Positions 25,181 to 37,200 of a DNA stretch of 64,000 bases are shown here, one piece after another. Source of the DNA: Macrostomum lignano (lineage: Eukaryota); assembly GCA_002269645.1 (NCBI GenBank), contig NIVC01003322.1, positions 5,995-69,994 on the forward strand. The letters are read 5' to 3'. Below the pieces are notes generated by a model. That model was not told the DNA's origin and searched no databases. It worked only from the letters and a program-made list of their open reading frames with translations. The position numbers and the translations under genes were made by a program. Position 1 is the first letter of the stretch. Every line of letters starts with the position of its first letter.

Positions 25181-26732
25181 AGAGGCCAACTCCTCCGATG
25201 GAGGAGAAAGGGGAAGAACTCCCATCACCGGAATTCCATTCCCTGAACTCCATCAGCTAGATCCCAAGACCCGAATATCATCATCTAACTGTTCTCCAAA
25301 ACCATCAAAATCCTCTCCATGAAACTGAACACCATCGAAATCCTCTCCGCAAAACAGAAATCCTCTCCGTGCAACTGAAAACCATCGAAATCCTCTCCGC
25401 GAAACAGAAATCCTCTCCGTGAAACTGAAAACCATTGAAATCCTCTCCGCGAAACAGAAATCCTCTCCGTGAAACTGAACACCATCGAAATTCCCTCTAT
25501 TAAACTGGACTCAGTCGAATTTTTCTCCGTCAAAAAGAATAAAATATTAGGATTCATTTGTTAGGGTTAGGGTTAGAGCTACACACAGCTGCGTGTTAAA
25601 AGGCACTGGTAAAAAATTTGAACCAATTGAATCAATTGATTGTGCAACCAATTGATTGTGCAACCGATTTCTCCGTCAGTCAGTATCAGTCTCAGTTAAA
25701 GGTACCAAAAAGATGGCGCAATCTAAATCAACCGTCCAATGCACAGCGACCAACCCCCTTCCAATACGCAGTGGCAGCTAGAAATTAACACCCTCCCTAA
25801 CTGCTGGGGGGTCGATCATACCCCATTGAACCCCCCAAAATGAGTTACAATCTTTGCAAAAAGTTAAAAGTATGGAAGTTTTTTGAATGCCGTGCTTTTA
25901 GTTTTCATATTTAAAGCAAACAACTTATATCCCCGAACTCAGCGTTGGAAGACCTTTCCAGCAATATAAGTCTCTACTCTCAAAGTTTAAAACTCGAGGA
26001 ACAGTTGGCGTTTGAAATTTACCGATTTCCCAACTGCTTGCTAGAGAAGCTCGCAAGTTTATTCTTAAATTTCAGTGCCCAGCCAATAACACAGGGCTGC
26101 GTCTTGAAAGACGCCAATAATAAAACCAATTGAATCTCGACACAGTCTATCTGTTTACACTGTACAACTGCTATGTACACTCAGCCCAAGCCCAACCCCC
26201 GTTCTGGGGGAAGCATTAAATTTAACTCAACCCCCCCAACACGCGGGGGTTTTATTTGCATTGAACGCAGAACACGCGCACCCACCACCCCACAAATACA
26301 CAGCGACCCGCGGGCGGAGGTTGGGGTGGCTATTTTTACAAACAGACTGCCAACTCTCTTACTGGAAAGACAGAAGGGCCAAAGAAGGTTAAAAGCAGTT
26401 TTCTGTTTTTTTAGGGATGTTAAAATGTGAAAATTAAAAATTAAAATAGCCTAAAGCCTGATCCGGAAAATTTTCTGTTTTCCCATATAAGTTTCGACGC
26501 TGACTTGCCAGTTGTCTAGGAGAAAAATCGCAACACAAACACACAATCATCGCACCAGTTTTAGTATTAAGATTTTCCCATATAAGTTTCAACGCTGACT
26601 TGTCAGTAGTCGAGGAGAAAAATTGCAACACACATACAGACAAACAAACAACGCACCACTTTTAGTATTAAGATTGCAACACAAAGACAAACAGACAAAC
26701 AGACAAACATCGCACCACTTTTAGTATTAAGA
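25181..26732 (-). mobile_element. Distal non-autonomous Helitron unit lacking the CT block, with three stacked 5' ends
   Basis: Tail hairpin 25190-25206, 30-bp minisatellite, TTAGGG tract. About 26100-26572 matches 11870-12307. TCTTAATACTAAAA heads start at 26572, 26673 and 26732. Confidence 0.75.
25561..25578 (+). repeat. Interstitial telomeric (TTAGGG)2 tract
   Basis: (ttaggg)2 ttagag at the homologous position of the unit. Confidence 0.8.
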
Positions 26733-29700
26733 AGAGAGAAGAGAAGAGATATTAAAATTTTAGAATAGTTTTGGTTAGTCCTCTTTGTTATTTCAAAGGC
26801 ATAATTTTAAACTTTACGACGCGAGCTCGATAAGTCATGGGCCCGGGCCGACTAACTACCGAATTCACACACCAAAAATACCCTCCCCTAAATGTTTAAA
26901 AAATATCGATTGTAAAAATACTTAAACTGTCGAGCAGAAGAGCGCAATTCTTGCGCGTCTAATTATACTTTTTAATTTGCTCTATGTTTGATGAAAAATT
27001 ATTTTCTGTTGTTATAGGGGGGTTGAATATCGGGTGTGTCGAATAACTTCTTTATGCAGCTTGCGCATGCCACCATATTTTTGGAATACATTCTTTAATA
27101 AGTAACTCATCTTGCGCGGGGGGTAATTTTCTAAACTGCTGACTGCGCAAGGTAAAATCACTGGTAAAAATGTGCAAGAATAAACAAAATTGGCGTTAGT
27201 TTAATTTTATCGCACGTTTCTGTTACGGAATAATGAAATTGTGTGGAGCAAAGCACCGAAGGGACCGTAAAAATATATATTGGCTTATATAGTGGAACTG
27301 AAATGAACTAAAATAGACCTAAATACTCTAAACAAGTTTATTTTATTCCCAAGTGGCTCAAGTCAGGCACGTGGATATGGATGCCCATAGTGCGGTGTTG
27401 TCTTTTTTACAACAGTTTGCAAGTATGTGAGACTACGAGTATGGCGTGTCAATATGATATTATTTAATATATTTGTAGCTTTAGGAAGCTTAGAAAGGCG
27501 CAAACTGTTCCTTATATTTACTTTAATGCATTTTATAAAATTTGTCATGGACAAACCCCTTGTATAGGCCTACAATGGTATAAAATTTCTATTACTCTTA
27601 ATAATAGTTAAATGTTAAAATTAGACCTGATATTCATTTGAAATAAGCTACGAAAATGCAATAAAAGCAGGTATATATATATAAAATTTGGTAGATCAAA
27701 GTCTTAAGCAATGCAAATTTTAAAAGCTATATTGCAATATATCTATTATGCAATATATTTACAAAATATTTTAATACTATGTTCCATTTTTTCTGAAATT
27801 GATTACATATTCACCTACAAACCATTTTAGTGTATGGATTCTTGTAAAATAAAAGGAAATTTTATATATATGTCATATTTAACTAGTTAATAACAATTAA
27901 CTGCAACTTGTTTTTTAGTAAATATAATAGCAGGTCTAATTATTGTCAAAATGTCTATTGTTATATTTAGCTTAACTTTATGTCTTTGGTTCTTATTTAG
28001 CCACTTATCACACTAGTGACTAGTTTTTTATTTTATAAATAGTCTATTGTCTTAGATATTACTATTCTATATGCAAAAGTCTTAAGCTACTGTATAAAGA
28101 CTTTAAAAGAAAAGTCTTGTCTTGTCTTCAATTCTCAGAAGTACCCATTTAAGTCTTTATATCTGAATGCCCCCCCTTTAAGTTCCCAATTTATCTATAT
28201 AAACTTTTTGAGAGGTAGTCTTGGCTCTTGAATTGTCTATATTTTTAAGGGGTTTTTGTGTGTACACATGCCAAAACAGCCGACTCCATAGAGCAGCCAA
28301 GTGCATAGCCTCCAATCATGGGTTGCCAAGGTCCTAGATCTGCTAGATGGCGCCAGAGACTGTAGAGAGTTATTAGACCATACCGTAATGCTCTACTTAA
28401 AGTAATATTCTAAGGAAGTCAATTTCTTTCAAAATGAGTCATATCTATTTTAGGAATCACGCGCAAACAGAATGATTTAGAACCCTACATTGTTTGATCA
28501 AGGAACCGGATTCCAACAGCTGTATTTGCTTAACCCCATATATGGTAATGCTCAAACATGCATGACCGCTTAATCAAACATTTTTGACCTAAGTAAATAC
28601 CCAATCCCAAACCGGTTTTTCTCCAAAATTTTGCTATAAATATAAGTCAAAATTCGAGTCAAAAATTCAGACTCAGAGCGGTCTCTAAGAAGACTCCGAA
28701 GAAATAAGAAGACCGATCTCTGAGGGACCACACCTGTCCAATTGGTAAGCGTTTACCCGATTTAGTTAATTGTTAATAGCACTAATAAGTTAATTAATTG
28801 AGTTTACGAGAGCCACTTACTGTCGACACATTTAAGAAAGGCCTCCTTGTTTCCTAGGATACATTCCTAGAGGATTTATTGAATTGAATTGAGTTATCCG
28901 TTACGTTTCGGACGTAACGAAGAAGACGCCCTTCAGGAGGACCTATCACAGAAAATTAGAGAATTCAATTGTTCATTAGGGCGCACGTTCTACTGTTAAT
29001 TCCGAGCTCGAGGACCGTCAAGAAGTTCTGATTCGCTCTCGTTTTTGGTCGACCCACAGATAAAAGTCAAGGACTCAAGAAGACTACTCCAAATCGGCCG
29101 TTACTACCGTTCAGCCAAGTTAGACAGAGTCACACACACCGCAAGAACCAGAAGTCTACCAACCACAAGAGGATCCGCTGCAGTAAGTCATTTGAACTGG
29201 TAAATACCTAGGCACTTGTTCCCCAGTGTCTAGAAGTGGGAGTTTTTGAGTGACTGATCACCACTCTTAAACTCTTCAAGACCAGGAGGCTCACTATCAG
29301 AGCCTTAGCTGTACCAGGTGGCTGAAAAAGCTCCCTGGTGTTGCATTATTCCTATCCAGCATGGCTCACAACTTTTGGCTGCAGCTCCTGGTTCTATTCA
29401 GCGTAGAACTGCTGAGCAATGAGCAGTTGGCGGCCTGCTCGGAAGTGTTGCCCCTGAGCACCACCCACCGCCATATCCAACTGGCCATGTAGGCTATTGC
29501 CTCCATAGCCATGGTCAGCGGGATGCTTTTCCTTTGGCCACCCTGATGCTGCAAGACTTGACAGAACCCTGTGCCAAGGTCAAGCCCGCACCACCACCCA
29601 GCAGGCCACACTGATAGAGGACCTGCTGAGCATCGGCCTGACCCCCTTGACTACCACTGAATGTTTCCCTAGCAACAACCTGCATATCCTCGCTAGCACT

Positions 29701-29735
29701 GGCTAGCATCATAAATAATAATAATGATGATAATG

Positions 29736-31284
29736 GCCATGCCTAAATATGCCCAGCCATGCCTAACTATTCCCAGCCATGCCTAACTATGCCCAGCCAT
29801 GCCTAACTATTCCCAGCCATGCATAACTATGCCCAGCCATGCCTAACTATTCCCAGCCATGCCTAACTATGCCCAGTCATGCCTAACTATGCCCAGCAAT
29901 GCCTAACTATGCCCAGCCATGCCTAACTATGCCCAGCCATGCCTAACTATGCCCAGCCATGCCTAACGATGCCCAGCCATGCCTAACTATGCCCAGCCAT
30001 GCCTAACTATTCCCAGCCATGCCTAACTATGCCCAGCCATGCCTAACTATTCCCAGCCATGCCTAACTATGCCCAGCCATGCCTAACTATGCCCAGCCAT
30101 GCCTAACTATGCCCAGCAATGCCTAACTATGCCCAGCCATGCCTAACTATTCCCAGCCATGCCTAACTATGCCCAGCCATGCCTAACTATGCCCAGCCAT
30201 GCCTAACTATGCCCAGCAATGCCTAACTATGCCCAGCCATGCCTAACTATTCCCAGTCATGCCTAACTATGCCCAGCCATGCCCCACTATGCCCAGCCAT
30301 GCCCCACTATGCCCAGCCATCCCCAGCCATATCCCACTATGCCCAGCCATGCCCAGCCATATCCCACTATGCCCAGCCATGCCCAGCCATATCCCACTAT
30401 GCCCAGCCATGCCCACTATGCCCAGCCATGCCCAGCCATGCCCACTATGCCCAGCCATGCCTAACTATGCCCAGCCATGCCTAACTATGCCCAGCAATGC
30501 CTAACTATGCCCAGCCATGCCTAACTATTCCCAGCCATGCATAACTATGCCCAGCCATGCCTAACTATTCCCAGCCATGCCTAACTATGCCCAGTCATGC
30601 CTAACTATGCCCAGCAATGCCTAACTATGCCCAGCCATGCCTAACTATTCCCAGCCATGCCTAACTATGCCCAGCCATGCCTAACTATGCCCAGCCATGC
30701 CTAACTATGCCCAGCAATGCCTAACTATGCCCAGCCATGCCTAACTATTCCCAGTCATGCCTAACTATGCCCAGCCATGCCCCACTATGCCCAGCCATGC
30801 CCCACTATGCCCAGCCATCCCCAGCCATATCCCACTATGCCCAGCCATGCCCAGCCATATCCCACTATGCCCAGCCATGCCCAGCCATATCCCACTATGC
30901 CCAGCCATGCCCACTATGCCCAGCCATGCCCAGCCATGCCCACTATGCCCAGCCATGCCTAACTATGCCCAGCCATGCCCCACTATGCCCAGCCATGCCC
31001 CACTATGCCCAGCCATCCCTAGCCATATCCCACTATGCCCAGCCATGCCCCACTATGCCCAGCCATCCCCAGCCATACCCCACTGTGCCCAGCCATGCCC
31101 ACTATGCCCAGCCATGCCCACTATGCCCAGCCATGCCCCACTATGCACAGCCATGCCTAACTATGCCCAGCCATGCCCCACTATGTCCAGCCATGCCCCA
31201 CTATGCCCAGCCATGCCCCACTATGCCCAGCCATGCCCCACTATGCCCAGCCATGCCTAACTATGCCCAGCCATGCCCAACTAT
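29736..31284. repeat. 20-bp satellite/minisatellite array
   Basis: Unit gcccagccatgcctaactat, with variants built from gcccagccat and gcccactat half-units. Confidence 0.95.
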
Positions 31285-31286
31285 AA

Positions 31287-31572
31287 TTCGAGGCACTGCG
31301 GCTTCGCGGTGTGGCTTCTTAAGTCCCTGGCGTCATGAATCGCGTGCTTGCCGGCGTCTCCGCACCCACCGAGTGGACCGTAGCGCACAACGTGGCAATT
31401 TTGAAGAAAGCCAAGACGACACAGAAAAAAGCTCATCGAGGCATCTTACTGATGTCCTATACTGCGAAACTTTCGACCGTCTGCATTCAGTGCTAGACCC
31501 CTACTTGCGTTATAAGCAGAATGGATTCCGGCCGCAGCGCGGTACAGTGACGCAGATCCTTGCACTTCTTAC
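31287..31572 (+). mobile_element. Degenerate non-LTR retrotransposon (RTE-like) reverse transcriptase fragment
   Basis: Across frameshifts reads MNRVLAGVSAPTEW..VAILKK...HRGILLMSYTAKL..RLHSVLDPYLRYKQNGFRPQRGTVTQILAL, matching the conserved YRGISL / QNGFR / QILAL region of LINE ORF2. Confidence 0.8.
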
Positions 31573-31752
31573 TGGGGGACTGCGTATTTTAGTTGTTGTT
31601 GTTGCTCATGTCGTATCAAGTAACCTTTTCAGGGGCGCAGATGTATTGTTTTATATAATAACATATAGATAGTAATATAATGCCGGTAATTTCATTTGTT
31701 ACCCCTTTTCCTACTTAATCGCACCTCTCTTACCTTTTGTTTTTCATTCCAG

Positions 31753-34248
31753 GCGTCGCAGCGGGATAAAGACGTACTTGAAGTACTTCAACAACTGAAG
31801 GAGTCCATCGACGCAGCAGATTTGACAGATGGAGCTGGCATCAAGAATTCGGAAGCCTATCAGAGTATTGTTGAGCAGTTGAGTGTGCAGCATCCCGGCA
31901 AATACGATGAAGCCTCGATAAAGACGATCCGATGTGATTTGCAGCAAAACAGAAGGCAGCTGCTTACTGCTGCGTTGTCTATTTTGTCATCTTCGGAAGA
32001 CCAGAGCGTAGAACCCGAAAGCACGCCTTCGTCGCCTTCTGAGGCTGAAGTTCAACGTTTTGTCGGGATATTTGGGTGTCTCAAAGAGAAATGGTACGAA
32101 GTTAACAAGACCATGAAAGAAGTAACTTGGCGAGCGCAGAGAAAGAGCAATTTAACGGCGTTTTGTTGCGTGAAGTGCAGAACTGCTGGGTGAAGCACTG
32201 CAGCCTCTCAATTGTTCGCAGTTCTTTTGATGGCCCTGAGTCTGCTAAGTACTCATTAAAATGCTCGGTGCGACTGGCTGGCGACCCAAAACCGTCTTCG
32301 TGTCCTGGGCGATGGAAGCTAAAGGTGAAGGGCTGCGAAGTGCGTCTGGAGCAGACCCATAAGCCATTGCAGCACCCCCCTAAACCTACAAAGGTTCGGG
32401 ATGCAGGCTTAAAAACAAGAGCTGATACTGAGGGAGCTGCCGTACTGCAGGCTTCAGTTGCTGCAACAAATGTCGATCTGCGCAACATTCCATCGCAAAG
32501 GATGATTCAAGGAATTCGCCAGTACAACAAAGAGAAAAAGAAACTGTGCCCAGACATCCCTGTGCAGTAAACTAAAGGCGTACGTGCATTACTTTGAGTT
32601 TGCGGGCGATATTTCGCTTACGGCTATTGGAGCATATCACCCGGAGATGGCTGCAGAGGCTCTGTCTCTCATGAAACAGTTAAAAATGCCAATAAACCTA
32701 GTTATCATCTCGACAGGAGCGTCAGTTTGCAGCTGACCAGGTGGAATTCCACAGAAGCCAGTATACCATTACGCCTTAGTGATGGCAGCCGAGCAAACTA
32801 TTGGAATGACCCAAGTTTCTCTATTCGACGTTCTGACTTGTAATCACGATACCGTTCAATTGACTAGCATGTTAGCAAAGTGGCTTCAGAAGATAAAGGA
32901 ACAAAAAATGGGCCACGGCACTGTGAAAATAGCAAAGATTATGACTGATTTTAACTGGCCGACACTACATGCCCTCATACAGGTCTTCAATGGATTAGGA
33001 ATTCGCGAATATCTTGATTAGTGCTTTCTGATCGCGCTACAATCAGAAAATGGACAGAGTGGAATTCCAAAGTTTATGCAAGCAACTTTGCAGCAGGCAC
33101 GTCAGCGCACCGCTATTGTTTTTGGTCACATCACATCATCAATGAGGTTCGGAATTGGCAAGAAGTGCGCAGCGCAAGTCCTCAGGTAAAGGCACTGTAC
33201 CTTCGGGCGTTTGCGCGGATTGTTGCAAGCACCACTTCAGCGGAAGGCCTAGCCAATCTTCAGAACATGCTGCATGTTCTGCTCGAGCACAATGCAAGAA
33301 GAGCCATGCCGCGTGTCGAAACACTGTTGATGGAGACGTCTGATGTGGGTGACAACGAGCCCATGCAAGGCGTGGAAATGAACGCTCCGGAAAACATTAT
33401 GAGTCGGGCAACGATTCGCTCATCGTCCCGCTTTTTTAGTCAGGCACAGCAGATCTTCGAGCGAATCAATACAGCTTGCCGCCAAGCAAGTGAATCGCAG
33501 CTGCCGATGATCAATGCGTACCTTAACGAAAAATTGGCGCAGAAGGTCGTCAATTTGTACGCATGCTTTCCGCTCTTCAGTGGCTTCATGATTGACTGCC
33601 AACGATTCTTTACTGGACAGAGCACAGTGCAAGAATTCCGCAACAGCGAAGGATCTGTGGAAGTGTATCATAGAATTGTCAGAAGAGATGTGATGCATGG
33701 CCGATCGCTGAAGCTGAAGCTGAAGCTTCAGAAGCTCTCGTTGTAAACAAAAAAGCGAGCCACAGTACCGCTCCGAAGTACTTTCCTGTGGCCAAGTACT
33801 TCCGAAGACATGGAGAAGAGCTGGTCATCAGAACGTATCAGGAAACGAACAAAGAGGCTGCACGAGAATTGGTACGCGTGACGAAAAACAAGAGAGCGAC
33901 TGTTGTGGGAGAAACCGTGGTTACAGAGGACGTGGCCGTAGTAGCAGAAGCGGCAGAAGAGGCGGCATTTGTGATGTCCAATGCGATGGTCTTAGCGACG
34001 CCCTAGGTGGGGATAGATATGACGGCATAGAAGGCATCCATGACGATCGCGATGCTCAAGACGACGAGCAAGTAGCCGGCCATGTCAATATTTCTGAGGA
34101 CGCCATGTGGGCGAGGTCGGACATGAAGGCCACGGAAATAATTCTTTGCTTCAAGTGCCTCGGGATCTTTACGACTACAGCGGCAAGGCACTGGTTGTGC
34201 CCGACCTGCAGGCATGTGTCGAGTCAGGCCCATGGATTTCGGAGTTAG
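31753..34248 (+). pseudogene. Decayed Mutator/Foldback (NOF-like) DDE transposase
   Basis: Broken frames give: a C..C..H..H region (CSVRL..SCPGRW..QTH..LQH); a degraded HLD/TG motif near 32705-32720; KPVYHYALV; IMTDFNWPTLHALIQVFNG..EYLD; FRNSEGSVEVYHRIVRRDV; and a C-terminal CFKC...WLCPTC. Several stops and frameshifts; no TIRs found. Confidence 0.6.
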
Positions 34249-37200
34249 GGCTGAGCACAGCACAGCTGACAAGTGAGTAAAATTGTACGCCTGAGCTTCT
34301 GGAACAGTATGTACCGGGGAAAAACCAATCATTAATCGCCTTTATCTAGTGGCGGATCCAGGAATTTTTTGGATGTGGCGTACGTGTTGCCTCTTTTGCC
34401 AATAAAGAAAGGGCGGGAGTTTTGTAATGTTAATGTATTTGTCTTTTTCCTCTTAGGGCTTAGAACGCCAACATATTTAGGTTTAGCGGCGTCTACCTCA
34501 GAGACATGGGTAACCTACCTCAGTGCCAGAGCTAGAGGCGCCCTGCCGCTCAGATATAGGGGCGCCTATTTTGTCAAGGGGCACAAAATTAATCTAAATT
34601 TTGGTGGCCGCTTCCCCTAAATTCACCCTGCCGTATTCCATTGGAGCTCAAATTGCTCTCACATGCCAAAGATAAAATGAACCAGGGTAAAAAATTCCTT
34701 AATCGATCTCAACTCCCGTCTCGTTTGTGCAGAATTTTAGCACTAAGTATCGATATTAGGCTAAACCCTTTTTACTTTCTTTTGTGCGCTACTGTGGATG
34801 TGATAAAATGCTTTGATGTTTTATGTATAGCTAGATACGAGTATACGAAAACACAGATTGTTATATCGCCTAATGTTTCAGAGCAAGCAGTGAAGCGACG
34901 TACGGCCAGCTCACTGGCGAGTGGTGAAGTATTGACCGCGGTATTCGTGCTTTTTTGCCTTCCTATTCACCTGAAGATATACAGTATCCTGCAAAACGCG
35001 TCGTTCAATTAAATTTATTTAATGTTGATTTTTGCCTTCCTATTCATCTTACTTGCCAAGCAAGCAACTTTATGTGTTGGCTTACTTTGTATTTGTAATA
35101 AAATGGAGAATTTTAATAATTACATATTTTATTATTCGTAAAAAAGTTAAACAAAGTTTAACTCTAAAATCTAGAAATTGTTTTACAACTCAAAAAACTT
35201 TTACATTATTATCTTTTTGATGCTTAAATGTTTATAAAGTTTTAATTATAATACACAAATGGAAACAAGCTTTTATGAAATGAAAAATATTCGTACAAAC
35301 TGTCCCACACCCCCGGCCTCTAGTCTAGCTGGCATGCAGTGTGTGGTAGGTTGAGCCTCCCACAAACTGTTTGAAATTTATTTTTGGATCCCGTTTTCTG
35401 GTCGTTATTTTTTGCCGTTGTCCTGGGTTTGGCCCTCCTCCGTCCACCTTAAGGTGCTGCCCTGACGTCACCCTTCCGTCATCTCCCGCTCCCTGGTTCT
35501 GACCCTCTGCTCCCCGGTTCTGGCCATTGAGCCCCTTTTCTGTTCGTTGTTAGTTTTGCCCATCTCCCCAGTGTTAATTTTCGTATGCCCATAACTATGA
35601 CTTTAAGGTCCATTTTAATTATTTTTTCTCCTTTTTCTGTTTATTTGGTGCCACAAAATGTTGTGTATAATATTATAAATAATATGATGCGAGGGCTGCT
35701 AAATTGACCCTTCTCTTTCTCCTTCTCCTTTTCTCCTCCTTTCCTTTTGTTTAACTCTTATTATTGGATTCATTACCTGTGCGTACTACTAGGAAATTCA
35801 TTTATTTTAATAGTTGCTAATTTGTAGTCGCCCTCGCGGCACCACCGTCTCATCTCTCGTGGTACTCGTTGAACTATAATAATATTTAGCTAACTCCAAT
35901 TTAATCGGCCTTTTAATAAATTAGCGAGCCAACTTAATTTCGTTGTTCAATTATTAAAAGTCAGCTCCGTCGCCGCGTCGCCGACAAACTCCGGCTCCGA
36001 TTCCGACATTGAAGACGGCGACTCCTCAGACGACGGTAGCGGCGCGGCCGGGCCGAGCAACCTGCCGCTGCGGCTGAGCTCTATCTTGAGTCATTTGCCC
36101 GTGGGGCGTAAAATAACCCCGTCTCATCTCGAAGCAAGCTCTGAGACTCCAACGTTCCGTAATACGCAAATTACGGTGGTGGCATCGCTACTCTACTATT
36201 AGTAACGAAATAAGCATACGAGGTACATTAATTCACGGTGTCTGAGAACCCCCACTGAACGCTCGCGCCTAACGAAGACCGCCCGCCTACGACTGAGACT
36301 ACCCTCCCCCCGGAATTTGAGGACCCTGGCAGTCGGAGTAAAACAGGAGGCGAACTTCCGTTGTGATTCATCTGCGCGATCTTCCGGCTTCAATTCGTGC
36401 GAACGCAACGACAACCGGTTTCGAAGAAACCTTGAGTTCAAAATCAGCAACCGCCAAGTCTAGCATAAATTTTCTTCCTCCGCCCCCACCTCAAGTGCAT
36501 AAGCTTGGCCTAAGTCTGGCATAAATGATGAAATTTAATCAGTTTTCCTCCAGCATAACTCCGAGAATAAAACAAACTATAAATCCTCTACAATGTATAT
36601 CAATTATATTACTATCACTAAGACAAACAAAATAGAAATCGATATTAAAATAAATTTTTAAAGTCCATGGATACAGGCCCTAAGCATCATATACTTTTGT
36701 GTATCTAGTATACCAAGTAAGACACTTTGTATGCCAAGTATCCCCCTAGCCACACTCTTGTGTATCAGTATATAACCTATTACTCCCTTTTTGTTCCAGC
36801 ACACGTAGAAATGGCGAAACGTAGAAATAGATTCTAGTCTGTTAATGACCAGTGTATACTTCCCCCCCCCACAAAAAAATTCTAGGTATACCAATAAGTA
36901 AGCCTCCACCCTAAATATATTTTATAATTATGGTATGTTTTCTAAGCAAATAAATTGCACTTTTGCATGCTATCCTTTAAGCATGTATATGCTATCTTTC
37001 TAGTGTGCTATCCCTTTAACCATTTGGAAGCCAAAGGCCTGCACTGCAGGCCATACCAAAACGGCTAAAAAACCCAGAGATTGAAAAATGTCTATGGCAT
37101 CAATAACCATCTCCCAGTCACTAAAGCAAGTGCCTAGGCCTAGTATGGCCTGCTATGCAGGTCATGATTAATTTAAAGAAGCCCCTGCATTATGCATTTC

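Larger units (their letters stand above)
1..26732 (-). mobile_element. Head-to-tail tandem array of Helitron-family elements (one autonomous-type copy, about 8 non-autonomous units; continues off the left edge)
   Basis: Repeated junctions read on the minus strand as GC-rich hairpin CTCCTCC-nnn-GGAGGAG, then TTCCACTCG or a variant, then directly a 5' head TCTATATATACTAAAGTTGACGCG-(TGTC)n or TCTTAATACTAAAA. Junctions lie at about 432/433, 4603/4604, 12307/12308, 14508/14509, 17044/17045, 19669/19670, 22439/22440 and 25138-25184. A RepHel gene lies inside one unit in the same orientation. Confidence 0.85.

Noticed and set aside
29366-29712. GC-richer segment with two short minus-strand ORFs
   Set aside because: No recognisable motif or splice structure in any frame.
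34349-34640. AGTGGCGGATCCAGG start typical of MITE termini (similarly CAGGGGCG at about 50407)
   Set aside because: No matching inverted terminus or TSD found.
35960-36450. GC-rich island with an ATG-less acidic/Ser-rich open frame and a minus-strand 83-aa ORF
   Set aside because: Could be an exon or TE remnant, but no family motif or convincing splice pair was found.
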